64,000 nucleotides of DNA from Octopus vulgaris (taxonomy: Eukaryota): NCBI GenBank assembly GCA_951406725.2, contig OX597820.1:10788001-10852000 (forward strand). Direction: 5' to 3'. A program made the position numbers and the translations under genes. This document shows positions 27,241 to 41,469 of this stretch, in pieces. Positions within the stretch are counted from its first letter, which is position 1; each line of letters begins with the position of its first letter. Below the pieces are notes generated by a model that worked only from the letters and a program-made list of their open reading frames with translations, searched no databases and was not told where the DNA came from.

Positions 27241-28709
27241 TGTCCATGATAAATAATAATAATAAAATGGTTCCTAAGAAAATCATATATGTCTGTAAGC
27301 ATATGGAGTGTTGTTCTGTTGCATGCGATATGCTGAGAATAAGATTAAACTCAAATGGTTGAGGCCTACCGAATTCAACAAGAACTGTGTAATTAAATGC
27401 AAGTTTATTCTCGTATATTTTTTATAAGTTAGAAGGCGACTGTAAAAGAGTTAGCAGTTGATTAATATCGGTGAATGGATCATGGCATATTTTGGACGCC
27501 ACCTAGGATGTCAATGCCGTCCTGTATACATGAGCGGTACTCCATGTGGGTCTTAGTTGAGATTTATAAATGGTCAACACCAATCAGTTATGTATTCCTT
27601 GGTCTTAAAGTTGTATACTGGCTTAATTTATGAAAATTAGTCCTGTTACATTTATTCATGTGGATGTCGATGCGGTTCGGTAGAGACTGAGGGTCAACAA
27701 TTTTGAGGGGATTAGCTGTAAGATGTTGATAACTAAAAAGAGGAAGGTAGTTTTACGTGTCTTTAAAATGTATAGTGATTGAGACTTCGAATTATTGAGA
27801 TAACATCATCATGATTAACCTAAATGGGTTTGGATATCATGTTTTCAGTTCAAACATATTTTCAGCGTCACAAACCCGGGAAGCTGTGCGCACCAGTCAC
27901 AACATATTCAAGTTTCTTGTGGCCGATGCATCTGTATAGAAATGTTGAGCTTCTCTTGCTTCTGTTATCTTTAGCATAACAAGACAATTTTCGCAGGATT
28001 CAGACTTACCGAAGCGCACAAAGCAATTACTCCTGAATTAAACAGTAATTTTTTTGCATGGATTCAAGTGACAGATTGATTGCAAATAAAGTATGTGAGT
28101 TTATATCTTTTTCAATAATATCAGCTGTGTGGCTGGAATCATTTTGTTTAAACAGGAAATCGAAGTCTTCAGCATAATTAAATAATACTATATCACACAG
28201 CTATTTGGAGGTCTAGTTTTACTGAACAAATTCAACTTACAATGTTCGCGATATATCACATAAATATTTTTGAATGTGTGAGTATTCTAGCCAATAATAA
28301 TAATCACGAATTTGTATATGGTCGTATTATACACTGGCGTTTGAAGCTAAGCTTTTCTCCAGAGAGAAAGAAATATGTTAATGAACAAACGTATTTACAC
28401 AGCTATACATTATAATGAAATAAAAATGAAAATTTCCTGCGCAGGTCCACATAAATTCTCTAGACGGGTTGTTTATGGCTCGGAATGTGTTCATGTGTTG
28501 GCAGATGTCATCTGCTTTAAAATATGACATCGCATTTCGCTAATGTTTGGTTTATTCTTTTCGTGTTAGCCTCAAATGTGATTCTATTTCTTTAAAACCG
28601 TTGCTATTTTTCCCGTTCATTGATGTATTTTTATAGCGAAATAATCAACTCGAAGTTATAGTTCAATAAAATAGACTTTCGAAATAATTTTTAAATTATC
28701 TTCAATGTA

Positions 28710-29227
28710 ATAGGTGATTGAAAAATAACTTCCTATTTTAAAATACTTATGAATTATTCATTAATTGTAATTTTTACAAATAAAATGGATATGAGAGGAA
28801 AGGTTGTAGTATGAGGTTTTAATTTAAAATTTGATTTGGGCTCCAGGTGTCGCCACCAGCTTCTTGATTCGCCCAGGAATTGCATCAACTGATTTCACCA
28901 GGAACTCTTGTAGGATGGAAGACATATACCTTCTCCTATTTGCCTTCCAAGTTCTTCCAAATCTTTATTTTGGTACAGTAGTCTTGTATCTTTAACCAAC
29001 CCCAAAGAAAGAAGCCACAAAACATTAAATCAGGACTCTTGGCTGGCCACTCATGCGGACCACGACGACCCATCCATCTCCCGGGGAGGTGGGCATTCAG
29101 CCATTCACAATTGCAGATTAAATTCTCATACTTCGAAAACAAACACAAATGAATTTGAGAAAACAATTACAATTAATGAATAATTTATAAGTATTCTAAT
29201 CTAGGGAGTCACTTTTCGATCACCCTG
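28710..29227 (-). mobile_element. Internally deleted Tc1/mariner-superfamily element
   Basis: ~65-bp imperfect TIRs ending CAGGGTG, TA flanks, WPAKSPDL..CGFFLWGWLK transposase motif. Confidence 0.8.
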
Positions 29228-29371
29228 TAAAAGGCTTACAATTTTCCAATTTTGGATTTTCTTTTGGTGATGGTGGCTTCATTCCTACGCTTATATTTGT
29301 TCATCGTTAACTTGTTACATGTCAAACAATTCTTTTCTGAAGGTATTTTAGTTCACCTTCAACGCTATAAA

Positions 29372-29820
29372 AGTGGCGAACTGGCAGAATCGTCAGCGAG
29401 TAGAACAAAATACAAAATGCATTTTCCCAGCTCTTTGCGTTCTCATTTCAAATCCTACTGAGGTTAACATTGCCTTTCATCACTTCGAGGTCGATAAACT
29501 ATAGTGTCAGTCAAGTAGTAAAAAAACAAAAAAAAACTGGCACTTCGTCGGTTCCGACGACGAGTGTTCCAGCTGATCCGATCAACGGAACAGCCGGCAT
29601 GTGAAATAAACGTGCAAGCGGCTGAGCTCTCCACAGACACGCGAGCCCTTCATGTAGTTCTCAGGGATATTCAGTATGACACAGAATGTGACCCTCATTT
29701 TTACTAGGACTAGAGCTACGCCAAATAAAGCTTCTTGCTCAAAGACACAGCGCGCCTCCGGGGATCGAATTTACCATTTAACGATCGTGAGCCGAATACT
29801 CAGGCCACTAACGTACGCCC
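29372..29820. mobile_element. Degenerate SINE B (+, 29372-29520) and SINE C (-, 29537-29820)
   Basis: Similarity to other copies. Confidence 0.65.
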
Positions 29821-30494
29821 TTTCACTCAGTCAAGTACCAGGGCCGATATAACTGCCTTGTATCCTCCCCTCAAAAACTGTTGGCCTTGTGTCCTGCAAG
29901 ACGACATCTTGTTCAAGGGAATGCTGTAGTCTCAGTCACCTATATGCTGTGGAACCCGGGTTACCGACTCTACGGTTCCTTAGGCTCGAGAAAAAAAACT
30001 GTCCTACAATGGCATACAATAACGCGGAATTGAATGTTAATTATCAAATTTCGAAGTTCCAAGTGACTTTACTAGGTACGTAGACTCCTGATATTTATGC
30101 ATAGGTCTTACAGTAAGTCATAAATAATTAATATAAGACTGGATTGACTATGTTCAGTCCACTGCAGGATGAAGGCGTCAATATGTTCTCCCCGTCAAGC
30201 ACGGCATCCTGATGCGAAGACCGTGAAATTGAGCTTGAGATAATAGTGGTTTGATGAGCATAATCTGCCACACTGGCACGGCATGGCATGGAATTAAAAT
30301 CATATCTTTATTAACAAGAAAATATTATCGGATAATTATTGCCAGTTTAAAAAGGAAACGGAAACAATTTATTTTAAACGAACTTATGTATGGAATTTAT
30401 AGCTGAAATAAATCTAATCTATAGTAGTTCGGAATCAACGGGTAGTGTATGATTAGATCTCGTTTGTAAAGTATAGTCTAACTGATATTTCGTA

Positions 30495-30902
30495 TACTCT
30501 TTTACTCTTTTTACTTGTTTCAGTCATTTGATTGCGGCCATGCTGGAGCACCGCCTTTAGTCGAGCAAATCGACCCCGGGACTTAATCTTTGTAAGCCCA
30601 GTACTTATTCTATCGGTCTCTTTTGCCGAACCGCTAAGTGACGGGGACGTAAATACACCAGCATCGGTTGTCAGGCAATGCTAGGGGGACAAACACAGGC
30701 GCACAAACATATACACACACATACACATATATACATATATACGACAGGCTTCTTTCAGTTTCCGTCTACCAAATCCACTCACAAGGCATTGGTCGGCCCG
30801 GGGCTATAGCAGAAGACACTTGCCCAAGATGCCACGCAGTGGGACTGAACCCGGAACCATGTGGTTGGTTAGCAAGCTACTTACCAAATAGCCACTCCTG
30901 CG
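30495..30902 (-). mobile_element. SINE family A, full length
   Basis: High identity to 51542-51952. Confidence 0.9.
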
Positions 30903-33259
30903 TATATGTGTATCACATATGAAACATATTCCCAAGGTCTTTCAATTACCATAGTGAGTTGGGACTTATGAAAAGAAAACTTGTATTATTCAGAACTTAT
31001 GAGACAAGGGGTAAGGAAATGTTTCAAAACAAACATGGATGCTATTTGAGATAAACTTATGAAACGTGCTTTGGCCAGGCAAAGAGTTAAGCAATATTTA
31101 CTGATGCTTATATTATCAATATCGCTATATTTTTGTATATCCAGTAGACAACTATTCAGTGACAGTAGTTATTATTGCAACTGTGCCATTTCCCCATCTA
31201 CAATTACAACTTGATATGTTTATTTATTCAAGTCCGTGTATCTAACATATTTACAACCAAGGAAATATATTGATATGACGAGTCAAAAAGAAATAATTAT
31301 TCATATGTATCAACAAGTGTAAGCACATTCAGATTACTTGTAAGGTTAGGCATGTGTTAAGATAACATGAAATAACAGAATTACTGGATCTTTACGGCTG
31401 TTGTAAGAAAGATAGCTTTTAGGCATTTCACAAGGACGGTCACAACGCTATCATGTTGGTTGGTTGAACTGAGACAATGCCTGCTATTCATCGACCTTTG
31501 TACACATCGCTTCAATAGTCAGAACTTTATGAAAGTTAATGCGTTTGGTATACATTCAAAAACCTATAAGGCAAACCAACAGTTTATGTCTCGTAATCTC
31601 CTGATATATCAATGGTTTATGGAAATAGCAGAATATAAGAAGAGCATTATTTAGTCGAACAGGACAAATTCATGGGATTTTATTTAGGCGATTTAGTATA
31701 TATATTATGGAGAAGGCACACAGTCAAGTGGTTAGAGTGATTCATTCGCGATCTTCACGGCGGTGAATTGGATTGTCAGACCGGGTGATGTGTCGTGTCT
31801 TTGCGTAAAACGCTTCCTTGTTAGGTTCAAGGCGAAGAAGTGGCAGTGTGGTTAATAAGGTTGTTTCCCATACATGAAGTCTTGCGTTCAATGCCACCGA
31901 ATGGTATCTTGAGCAAGTGTTTTCTATGACAACGGACCGATCAATGTGTTGTGACTAAGTTAGTTAGACGGAAAGAAAAAGAAGCCCACAGATTGTATGT
32001 ATGTCTGGGTTCAGTTTTATTTCAAGATTTCTTGCCAATAGGGGAGAGCCGGTTTCTAATCTAGATCCAAGGCACCTTCACTGGAATTACAACATCAACA
32101 ACAGAGTAACTAAAAGAAGCTCACCCGATTGTTTGAATGTATGTATGTGTGTATGTATGTATATACATATATATATATACATACATATAGACACATATGT
32201 ATGTGCATGTGTGTGTGTGCGTGCTTATGTATATGTATATATATATACACACTGTATACACACTTACACACGACAGGCTTCTTTCATTTTCCGTCTAACA
32301 AATCCACTCACAAGGCTTTGGTCGACTCGAGGGTATAATAGTAGCAACTTGTCCAAGGTACCACGCAGTGGGACTAAACCCAGTACCATATGGTTATAAA
32401 ACACATTTCTCATTGCATTTCTGCGTATATCATAATCTATTAAAACCAAGTAGACAGTATATAAACTCTTTCGACATGTGTTGAATACAGTAATTCCTTG
32501 ACAAACATTATTAATTAGAAATGAAAATGAGATAAATATCAACCGTACCGGATTACAATGAATATCATTTTAATTTAAATCACATACAATGTCTAGCACA
32601 AACTACAAGAATAATGATTTACTTCAATCCAAATATTTGCTACACTATCCTTCAAAATCTCAATATCGATTAAAATATATTTCTTTTATTAATCTGAAAG
32701 ATTACTTTTACGACTATTAAAGATTGTCTCCATTCAAAGTGGCTCCCTGGCAATGCGACCAATTTTTTTTGTTTTCGTTAATTTTGCCAGCTCTTCTGGC
32801 AAGCAATCAAATCTCCGTTATTAATCGCTTTCCGAAATGTTTACAAATATGTTTGCTTCCCGTAATGTCACGCTGGTTTCCAACGTCAATCTTTTGCGTA
32901 ATAACAAAGATAAACGAGCCAAGAAGCAACAGATTGTCATAAAGTAAAAAGAAAATTTAGTTTAATATCTTGAGTAACATTTCTTCGTTAGCACACATAA
33001 ATTATCGTCAGACCATATGTTTTTATGTGAATGTATCTGTGTACGTGTTTACGTGTGTGCTTCTGTGTGTGGCGTATTTATGTAAGTAGATAGGTATTGG
33101 TACCTGTAAATATATTTTAATACACATATATGTATAGAAGGATATATACCAACACGCACACATGCGTTCACATACGTATATATGCATCACTCATCACTGC
33201 GTGTGCCTAGTTGCATTTATTGTGTATATATATATATATATGTATGTCTATATAACACA

Positions 33260-33316
<57 letters not shown>

Positions 33317-33317
<1 letters not shown>

Positions 33318-33755
33318 GGTGCAGGAGTGGCTGTGTGGTAGGTAGCTTGCTTGCCAACCGCATGGTTCCTGGCTCAGTCTCACTGCGAGGCACCTTGTGA
33401 AAGTGTCTTCTACCATAGCCTGGGGCCGACCAAAGATTTGGTAGACGGAAACTGAAAGAAGCCCGTCGTATAGATATATATATATATGTATATATTTATA
33501 TATATATATACATTTATATATAATTATATATGTGTGTGTGCGTGTGTGTATGCATGTTTGTGTGTCTGTGTTTGTCCCCCAACCATCGCTTGACAACCGA
33601 TGATGGTGTATTTACGTCCCCGTAACTTAGCAGCTCGGCAAAATAGACCGATAGGATAAGTACTAGGCTTACAAAGAATAAGATTTGTTCGGCTAAATGT
33701 GGTGCTCCAGCATGGCCAGAGTCAAATGACTGAAACAAGTAAAAGAATAAAAGAA
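33317..33755 (+). mobile_element. SINE family A
   Basis: tRNA-like head and family body. Confidence 0.9.
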
Positions 33756-33779
33756 TATATATATAATTACATATATACA

Positions 33780-33903
<124 letters not shown>

Positions 33904-34479
33904 ATTATATATATATATTTACATATACCTACGTATATATATAGACACGTATACGTACGTGTGTGTTTGTGTGCGTCTGTCTGTGTTCTAGCTGTAAAAT
34001 TAGATAAATAACTCAACGTGGAATATAAATTATAAATGTTCTATTTATGTATTCAAGAAAATTCGGTTGAGATTATTGCAGAGAAAAGACAAAACGAAAG
34101 AGAAACAATATTAGGTCATGTGACAAAAGTAATATATTCAAATTACGTCCGTGAGTTAACAAGAAACTTTATGCTCCATTACAATTCTACGTGCTCACAA
34201 ATATACGTACACAGTGCATAGCTACACAAAAAATATTTGCATACATAATGTGTGCGTATGTATGTGTGTGTGTGTGGTGGTGGTGGGGGGGGGGTGTACA
34301 TATGCATGAGATGGGCGATGTACATCCGGGAAGATGTTACGCCTGTGGCCCTGCTGTCACATTCAAACTCAGTCTGTAGCACTTTGGTGGTACACATTAA
34401 ACAGATAAAAATAGTAATATGCACTACATTATCGCATGCGTGATGCTCCAAACTATGGGGACTCCTTTAGGGAAATGTC

Positions 34480-35857
34480 AGAAGCTGCGGACACTCGGCC
34501 TAGCCGGGATACTGGGAGACGGGTTGCATGACTTCTTATAACACAGAAGCCAATGAAACCCTCTCCAAGGGGACATTGATAAAGAGTGGAGTACCTCAGG
34601 GAACTGTATTGGGGCCGTTGCTGTATTGGGGAACTGTATCGGGGCCGTTGCTGTTCATGGTGGCTCTTTCAGTTGTACAGGCAGTCACACTTACTAGCTA
34701 TACCGACGGCGCAAAAGCAGTACAAGCAGTCAAAAACCTTCTGATGGGGGCTAATGCAGTTTCGCACCTCTCCTTGGAAAATGCAGTTTTTTGAAAACAA
34801 AAAATTTCGGATTCCTACGTTTTAGATGACAGAAATTACGAATACGCAATTTTTTTTTTTAATTTGGCCCCCACCTCACCCACCTACTCCCCAAAATTTA
34901 AATTTCTGATTTTGTTTACTTTAAAGAGATCGTAGCGGATTGACGAGCATATGCAAATCGAAATTAAATCCAGACAAAAACATTGAAGTGAAGAGAATTT
35001 GCGTTTTACTTGTGTAAATAAGAATTTAATGTAAATTAAATACACCATTTTATGAGAAACAAACATTAATGTTTAATGATTAACGTTATAAAGTTTAATA
35101 AGGGGCTCGATTTCCACCCCTTCCCTCAATTTTAAATTTTGAACTTTTTCATCCATTTATTTATTTATCCGTCTATCCATTTATCCCTGTCCGTTTATTC
35201 GTAAGATATATTTGTTAAATAAATGTGGCGGTCATATAGAAGTTACTGTTACTGTTGTTTTTAACCCCAGGAAGACGTTAATATCTAGCTATTTCTTTAT
35301 ACACCTATCTATATGCTTATTGAATTTAAAATTTTGAAAACCTGGTTTCTTGCATATTCGGAATCTCCGTCATCGAAAACATATGGAGAAAACATTTCGA
35401 AAAAGTTCAAAATTTTAAGAGGGTGGTCAATGGTGGTGGTGGTGATGATGGTGGGGGAGGTTTACAAATTATTTTTGCATATTTGTAATCTCCGACATCT
35501 TAAACGTAGGAATCCGAAAAGAATTTTTTTTTAATGCATTTGTCAAGGAGAGGTGCGAAACTGCATTAGCACCTTCTGATGCTAATCTTAAACAGAAATT
35601 TCTAGATTCCAAATATACAAATACACTGAAAAAGAAAAGAACTACTAGCTAATCGGTACTCAGAAACAGCGACGACGATACTTCGGACAAAAAGTGCAGC
35701 AAGCTCAGTCACGAACAGTGAGTGATCTGGAGATTGATATGAGCAACGATGCGTCGTTTCACGTGCACATCACCAAGATGGTGGCAGCGTGGTGGCGAAT
35801 GGCCGGATGGATTCTGAGACACTTCAGAACAAAGGAATAGGAAACTATGTTGGTTCC
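34480..35857 (+). mobile_element. CR1-like LINE RT fragment split by a MITE
   Basis: SGVPQGTVLGPLL and SYTDG (YADD-like) motifs; DLGI-like motif at ~35724. Confidence 0.7.
34747..35573. mobile_element. Non-autonomous DNA transposon (MITE), Merlin-like
   Basis: TIRs GG(G/T)GCTAATGCAGTTTCGCACCTCTCCTTG extending ~120 bp; 8-bp TSD TTCTGATG (34739-34746, 35574-35581). Confidence 0.85.
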
Positions 35858-35926
35858 ATGGAAATTGAAACTGCTATCCTACGACTGCGAGTCTGCTTCC
35901 CTTAGCCACGGGGCCATTGCGACTCC

Positions 35927-36025
<99 letters not shown>

Positions 36026-36054
36026 GTATGTATATATGTATGTATGTATATATG

Positions 36055-36087
<33 letters not shown>

Positions 36088-36228
36088 GTATATATAAGTA
36101 TATATGTGTGTGTGTATATGTATATATGTATATATATATATATCTATATCTATATCTATCTATCTATCTATATATGTATATATATATATATATATATACA
36201 TACATACATACATATATATATATATAAT

Positions 36229-36510
36229 GGAGTCGCAATGGCCCAGTGGTTAAGGGAAGCAGACTCGCAGTCGTAGGATAGTAGTTTCAATTTCCATACC
36301 AGGCGTTGTGAGTGTTTATTGAGCGAAAACACTTAAAGCTCGACGAGGCTCTGGCAAGGGCTGGTGGGAAACCCTGCTGTACTCTTTCACCACGACTTTC
36401 ATTCAGTCTTACTGTTTCTGTTGTACCTGTATTTCAAATGGCCAGCCTTGTCACACTCTGTTACACGCTGAATCTCCTCTGAGAACTATGTTAAGGGTAC
36501 ACGTGTCTGT
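36229..36510 (+). mobile_element. SINE family C (tRNA-derived head, possibly Arg)
   Basis: TGGCCCAGTGG A box; copies at 39725-40030 and 55560-55915. Confidence 0.85.
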
Positions 36511-36524
36511 ATATGCATATATGT

Positions 36525-36745
36525 ATTTCTTTACTACCCACAAGGGGCTAAACACAGAGAGGACAAACAAGGACAGACAAACGGATTAAGTCGATTACAT
36601 CGACCCCAGTGCGCAACTGGTACTTATTTAATCGACCCCGAAAGGATGAAAGGCAAAGTTGACCTCGACGGAATTTGAACACAGAACGTAACGGCAGACG
36701 AAATACGGCCACGCATTTCGCCCGGCGTGCTAACGTTTCTGCCGC
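36525..36745 (-). mobile_element. SINE family B
   Basis: Family match. Confidence 0.85.
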
Positions 36746-37369
36746 ATATACGCGTGTATGCGGGCGCATGGTCTGGTGGTTAGCGTGTTGTACTCGCGAT
36801 CAGTCGAATGTGGTTTCGATTCCTGGTCGGAGTGCTGCATTGTGTTCTTGAGCAAAATACTTCATTTCACGTTGCGATGTAATCACCTCGACACATGAAG
36901 TGTGATACATCGCGCACCTTTTCGGGCAATGACGTCTTGACGGAAGGATTGAACTCACGTCCACTGCAACGATCACTATAAACGAATCATGAGTGCAGCT
37001 TATTCAGCAGAATTGTCTTTCTCTGACTACGAGAAACAACCATCATATATTCGTGTATGCGTAAGAGCTGATGCCGTGGATACGTCTTGCATAATTATTC
37101 ATAGATGTTATATAAGTTCCAGTGTCTGACTGTAACGTATTTAAAGTCTACGAAAGTTTTAATTAATAGCTTGTAATATCAAATTATTCATTTTTTAGTT
37201 GATTATAAGCCATTATCTCATATTTTATTAAGTATACATTTTCTGAATACTCTCATAGTATTGATTTGCTTTTAACTTCTATGTTCAATAATATATTACA
37301 CTAAAATGTGTTTGTACGCTTTCAGATTGGTACACGTTTACAGAGCAGAATCAGTGCGTGTATTCTCAC

Positions 37370-38917
37370 TTGGCAGAAACGTTAGCACGCCGAGCGAAAT
37401 GCTTAGCCGTATTTCGTCTGCCGTTACGTTCTGAGTTCAAATTCCGCCGAGGTCGACTTTGCCTTTCATCCTTTCGGGATCGATTAAATAAGTACCAGTT
37501 ACGCACTGGGGTCGATATAATCGACTTAATCCGTTTGTCCTTGTTTGTGCTCTCAGTGTTTAGCCCCTTGTGAGTAGTAAAGAAATAGGTATTTTGTCTG
37601 TCTTTACGTTCTGAGTTCAAATTCTGCCGAAGTCGACTTTGCCTTTTTCCTTTCGGGGGCAGTAAAGAAATAGGTATTTCGTCTGCCGTTACGTTCTGAG
37701 TTCACATTCTTCTGAGGTCGACTTTGCTTTTATCCTTTCAGGGTCGATTAAATAAGTACCAGTTACGCACAGGGGTCGATATAATCGACTTAATCCGTTT
37801 GTCCTTGTTTGTGCTCTCAGTGTTTAGCCCCTTGTGAGTAGTAAAGAAATAGGTATTTTGTCTGTCTTTACGTTCTGAGTTCAAATTCTGCCGAAGTCGA
37901 CTTTGCCTTTTTTCCTTTCGGGGCAGTAAAGAAATAGGTATTTCGTCTGCCGTTACGTTCTGAGTTCACATTCTTCTGAGGTCGACTTTGCTTTTATCCT
38001 TTCAGGGTCGATTAAATAAGTACCAGTTACGCACTGGGGTCGATATAATCGACTTAATCCGTTTGTCCTTGTTTGTGCTCTCAGTGTTTAGCCCCTTGTG
38101 AGTAGTAAAGAAATAGGTATTTTGTCTGTCTTTACGTTCTGAGTTCAAATTCTGCCGAAGTCGACTTTGCCTTTTTTCCTTTCGGGGGCAGTAAAGAAAT
38201 AGGTATTTCGTCTGCCGTTACGTTCTGAGTTCACATTCTTCTGAGGTCGACTTTGCTTTTATCCTTTCAGGGTCGATTAAATAAGTACCTGTTACGCACT
38301 GGGGTCGATATAATCGACTTAATCCGTTTGTCCTTGTTTGTGCTCTCAGTGTTTAGCCCCTTGTGAGTAGTAAAGAAATAGGTATTTTGTCTGTCTTTAC
38401 GTTCTGAGTTCAAATTCTGCCGAAGTCGACTTTGCCTTTTTTCCTTTCGGGGCAGTAAAGAAATAGGTATTTCGTCTGCCGTTACGTTCTGAGTTCACAT
38501 TCTTCTGAGGTCGACTTTGCTTTTATCCTTTCAGGGTCGATTAAATAAGTACCAGTTACGCACTGGGGTCGATATAATCGACTTAATCCGTTTGTCCTTG
38601 TTTGTGCTCTCAGTGTTTAGCCCCTTGTGAGTAGTAAAGAAATAGGTATTTTGTCTGTCTTTACGTTCTGAGTTCAAATTCTGCCGAAGTCGACTTTGCC
38701 TTTTTTCCTTTCGGGGGCAGTAAAGAAATAGGTATTTCGTCTGCCGTTACGTTCTGAGTTCACATTCTTCTGAGGTCGACTTTGCTTTTATCCTTTCAGG
38801 GTCGATTAAATAAGTACCAGTTACGCACTGGGGTCGATGTAATCGACTTAATCCGTTTGTCTCTCGTTGTTTCTCCTCTCTGTGTTTTGCCCCTTGTGGG
38901 TAGTAAAGAAATAGGTA
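37370..38917 (+). repeat. Tandem array (~264-bp unit, ~5.5 copies) built from SINE family B bodies
   Basis: GTCGAT(A/G)TAATCGAC recurs at ~37511, 37775, 38039, 38303, 38568, 38833; single head at 37370. Confidence 0.95.
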
Positions 38918-39289
38918 TGTTTCTTATGATATGTCACTGTTTTACATAATGATGTGAAATATAGGTGCAAGAGTGGCTGTGTGATATGTAGCTTGCTTAC
39001 CAACCACATGGTTCAGGGTTCAGTCCCACTGCATGGCACCTTGGGCAAGTGTCTTCTACTATAGCCTCCGGCCGGCTAAAGCCTTGTGAATAAGAAACGC
39101 AGTGGAAACGCTTGATGTCTTGAATGATTAATGAACCTTTATGAAACCGGAAGTTTCAGTCAATATCCCGCAGCAATGATTTTTCTTCAGTGGCATACTT
39201 TACATTGTTATACACACGAAGTCTATACAAGCTGAAATAAACGCATACAAAAAGGCATGCGTAGGTGATACACGTACTAATATTTGTTT

Positions 39290-39705
39290 CAGTATTTTGG
39301 CACAAGGCCAGCAATTTCGAGAGAATGGGGTGGGAGGGACGTAGGTCTGTTACATCGATCCCACGAAAAGATGCAAAGCAATGTCGACCTTGGTGGGAAT
39401 TGAACTCAGAACATGAAGATGGACAAAATCCGGCAAACAATTTGCCCAGCCTGCTAATGATTCCGCCAGCTCGACGTCTTAATATATGTTCTAATATTGG
39501 TTTAAAATTTTAGCACAAGGCCAGCAATTTCGGCAGAGGGGCTAAGTCGATTACATCAACCCCTAGTGCTCAACTGTTACTTATTTTATCGACTGCGAAA
39601 AGATGAAAATCAATGTAGAACTCCGCGGAATTTGAACTCAGAACGTAAAGACAGAGAAAATTCCGCTAGCACAGCATGCTAACGCTTCTACCATTTTGCC
39701 GACTT
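39290..39705 (-). mobile_element. Two diverged SINE B copies
   Basis: Family match. Confidence 0.75.
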
Positions 39706-39724
39706 AATATACGGCTCAATTCTT

Positions 39725-40030
39725 TCTTTTCGCCATTTTCAAGCCTAGCCGGGTTCATGGACCCGGTTTCCCGGTTTCTGCGTCGTATGATTTCCCCGCG
39801 GCTGGACGGGACGCCAGTCCATCGTAGCGTTACTTAAGAAACAGGAGGAAAGAGTGAGAGAAAGTTGGGGCGAAAGAGTACCACAGGGGTCGCCACCACT
39901 CCCTGCCAGAACCTAGTGGAGCTTTAGGGGTTGTCACTCAATAAACACACACAACACCCAGTCTGGTAATCGAAACCGCGATCCTCTGACCTCAAGTCCG
40001 CTGCCCTAACCACTGGGCCATTGCGCCTCT
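39725..40030 (-). mobile_element. SINE family C variant
   Basis: Same head as 36229, different 3' part. Confidence 0.8.
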
Positions 40031-40708
40031 ACATACGGCTTAATACCCCCATATATTTATGCAGATGCAAGACAGCTGACTTCTTATATCACCTAATACA
40101 TATACAACTATCATTGACCTTACTATTTATCAACCTCATCTATGAGGTCATTTAGCATTGTCTTAAACGGCAAGACATAACAGCCAAAACTCCTTCATAG
40201 GTTTACCATAAGGTTTAGATATGGTTAAATATACGTGATATACTAAAACTAAATGGTGTATTTGAGTAGGAGACAAGAAGATATTCACGGTTAGAATATA
40301 TATCGAACGATAAATTTTTGATATACGGAAATAGTTCTCTTGGCACGTGCTGAAGCATTCAGAAAACGGCAGAATCTGCGACTCTGCACGAACTGGGTAT
40401 AGAAATATTCCACAAAAACTAGGTAATATTTACAAAATCGCCAAGAAATAACACAACTTACTAATCCTCCAGAATGTACGTGACATTAAAGTGGAAAATG
40501 TGGCGTTCAACATCAATTTCAATGATATAAAGACGTGCACATAGTAAAAAAAAATATTACAGATAACCATTGAGTTTGTAAATATGACACAGAATCTAAT
40601 AAACAAATCATTCGTAAACTGTTTCGCAATTATATTACACTGAAAGAACGGGCTTTCAATATAAAAACCAGCAACCCCATTCATATTAATATTATTCATT
40701 GTCTGTAA

Positions 40709-41192
40709 GGCGGCGAGCTGGCAGAACCGTTAGCTCGCCGGGCGAAATGCGTAGCCGTATTTCGTCTGCCGCTACGTTCTGAGTTCAAATTCCGCCGAGG
40801 TTGACCTTGCTTTTCATCCTTTCGGGGTCGATTTGATATGTACCTATTATGCACTGGGGTCGATATAATCGACTTAATCTGTTTGTCTGTCCTTTTTCGT
40901 CCCCTCTGTGTTTAGCCCCTTGTGGGTAGTAAAGAAATAGGTATTTCGTCTGTTTCTAAAGGCGGTGAGCTGGCAGAAACGTTAGCACGCCGGGCGAAAT
41001 TCTTAGCGGTAATTCGTCTGTCGCTACGCTCTGAGTTCAAATTCCGCCGAAGTCGACTTTGCCTTTCATCTTTTTGGGGTCGATTAAATAAGTACCAGTT
41101 ACGCACTGAGGTCGATGTAATCGACTCAATCCGTTTGTCTGTCCTTGTTTGTCTCCTCTGTGTTTAGACTCTTATCAGTAGTAAAGAAATAA
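40709..41192 (+). mobile_element. Two tandem full SINE B copies
   Basis: Heads GGCGG(C/T)GAGCTGGCAGAA at 40709 and 40961; B box GAGTTCAAATTCC. Confidence 0.9.
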
Positions 41193-41469
41193 TTATTCAC
41201 TGTCTGTGTGATAAAACGTTTGCTTCCCAACCATTTGGTTCCGGGTTCAGTCCCACTGCGTGGCGCCTTGGGCAAATCTCTTTTATTATTATCCCATGAA
41301 GACCAAATCCTTGAGAGTGGATTTGGTAAACTGTAACTGGAAGAAGCCCATCATATAAGAGAATCAAGGTTTTTCAATCTCCCATAACACAGCAGTCACC
41401 AAAAGAGACAAATAATTTTTGACGCTTCCTAAAATTGCCAAAAAGCTACATAAACGAAAAACAATTATA

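Noticed and set aside
26000-28150. Possible very old CR1 relic
   Set aside because: Only faint motif echoes; not supportable without alignment
36229-36300. tRNA gene
   Set aside because: Head of a multi-copy SINE; continues into the family body
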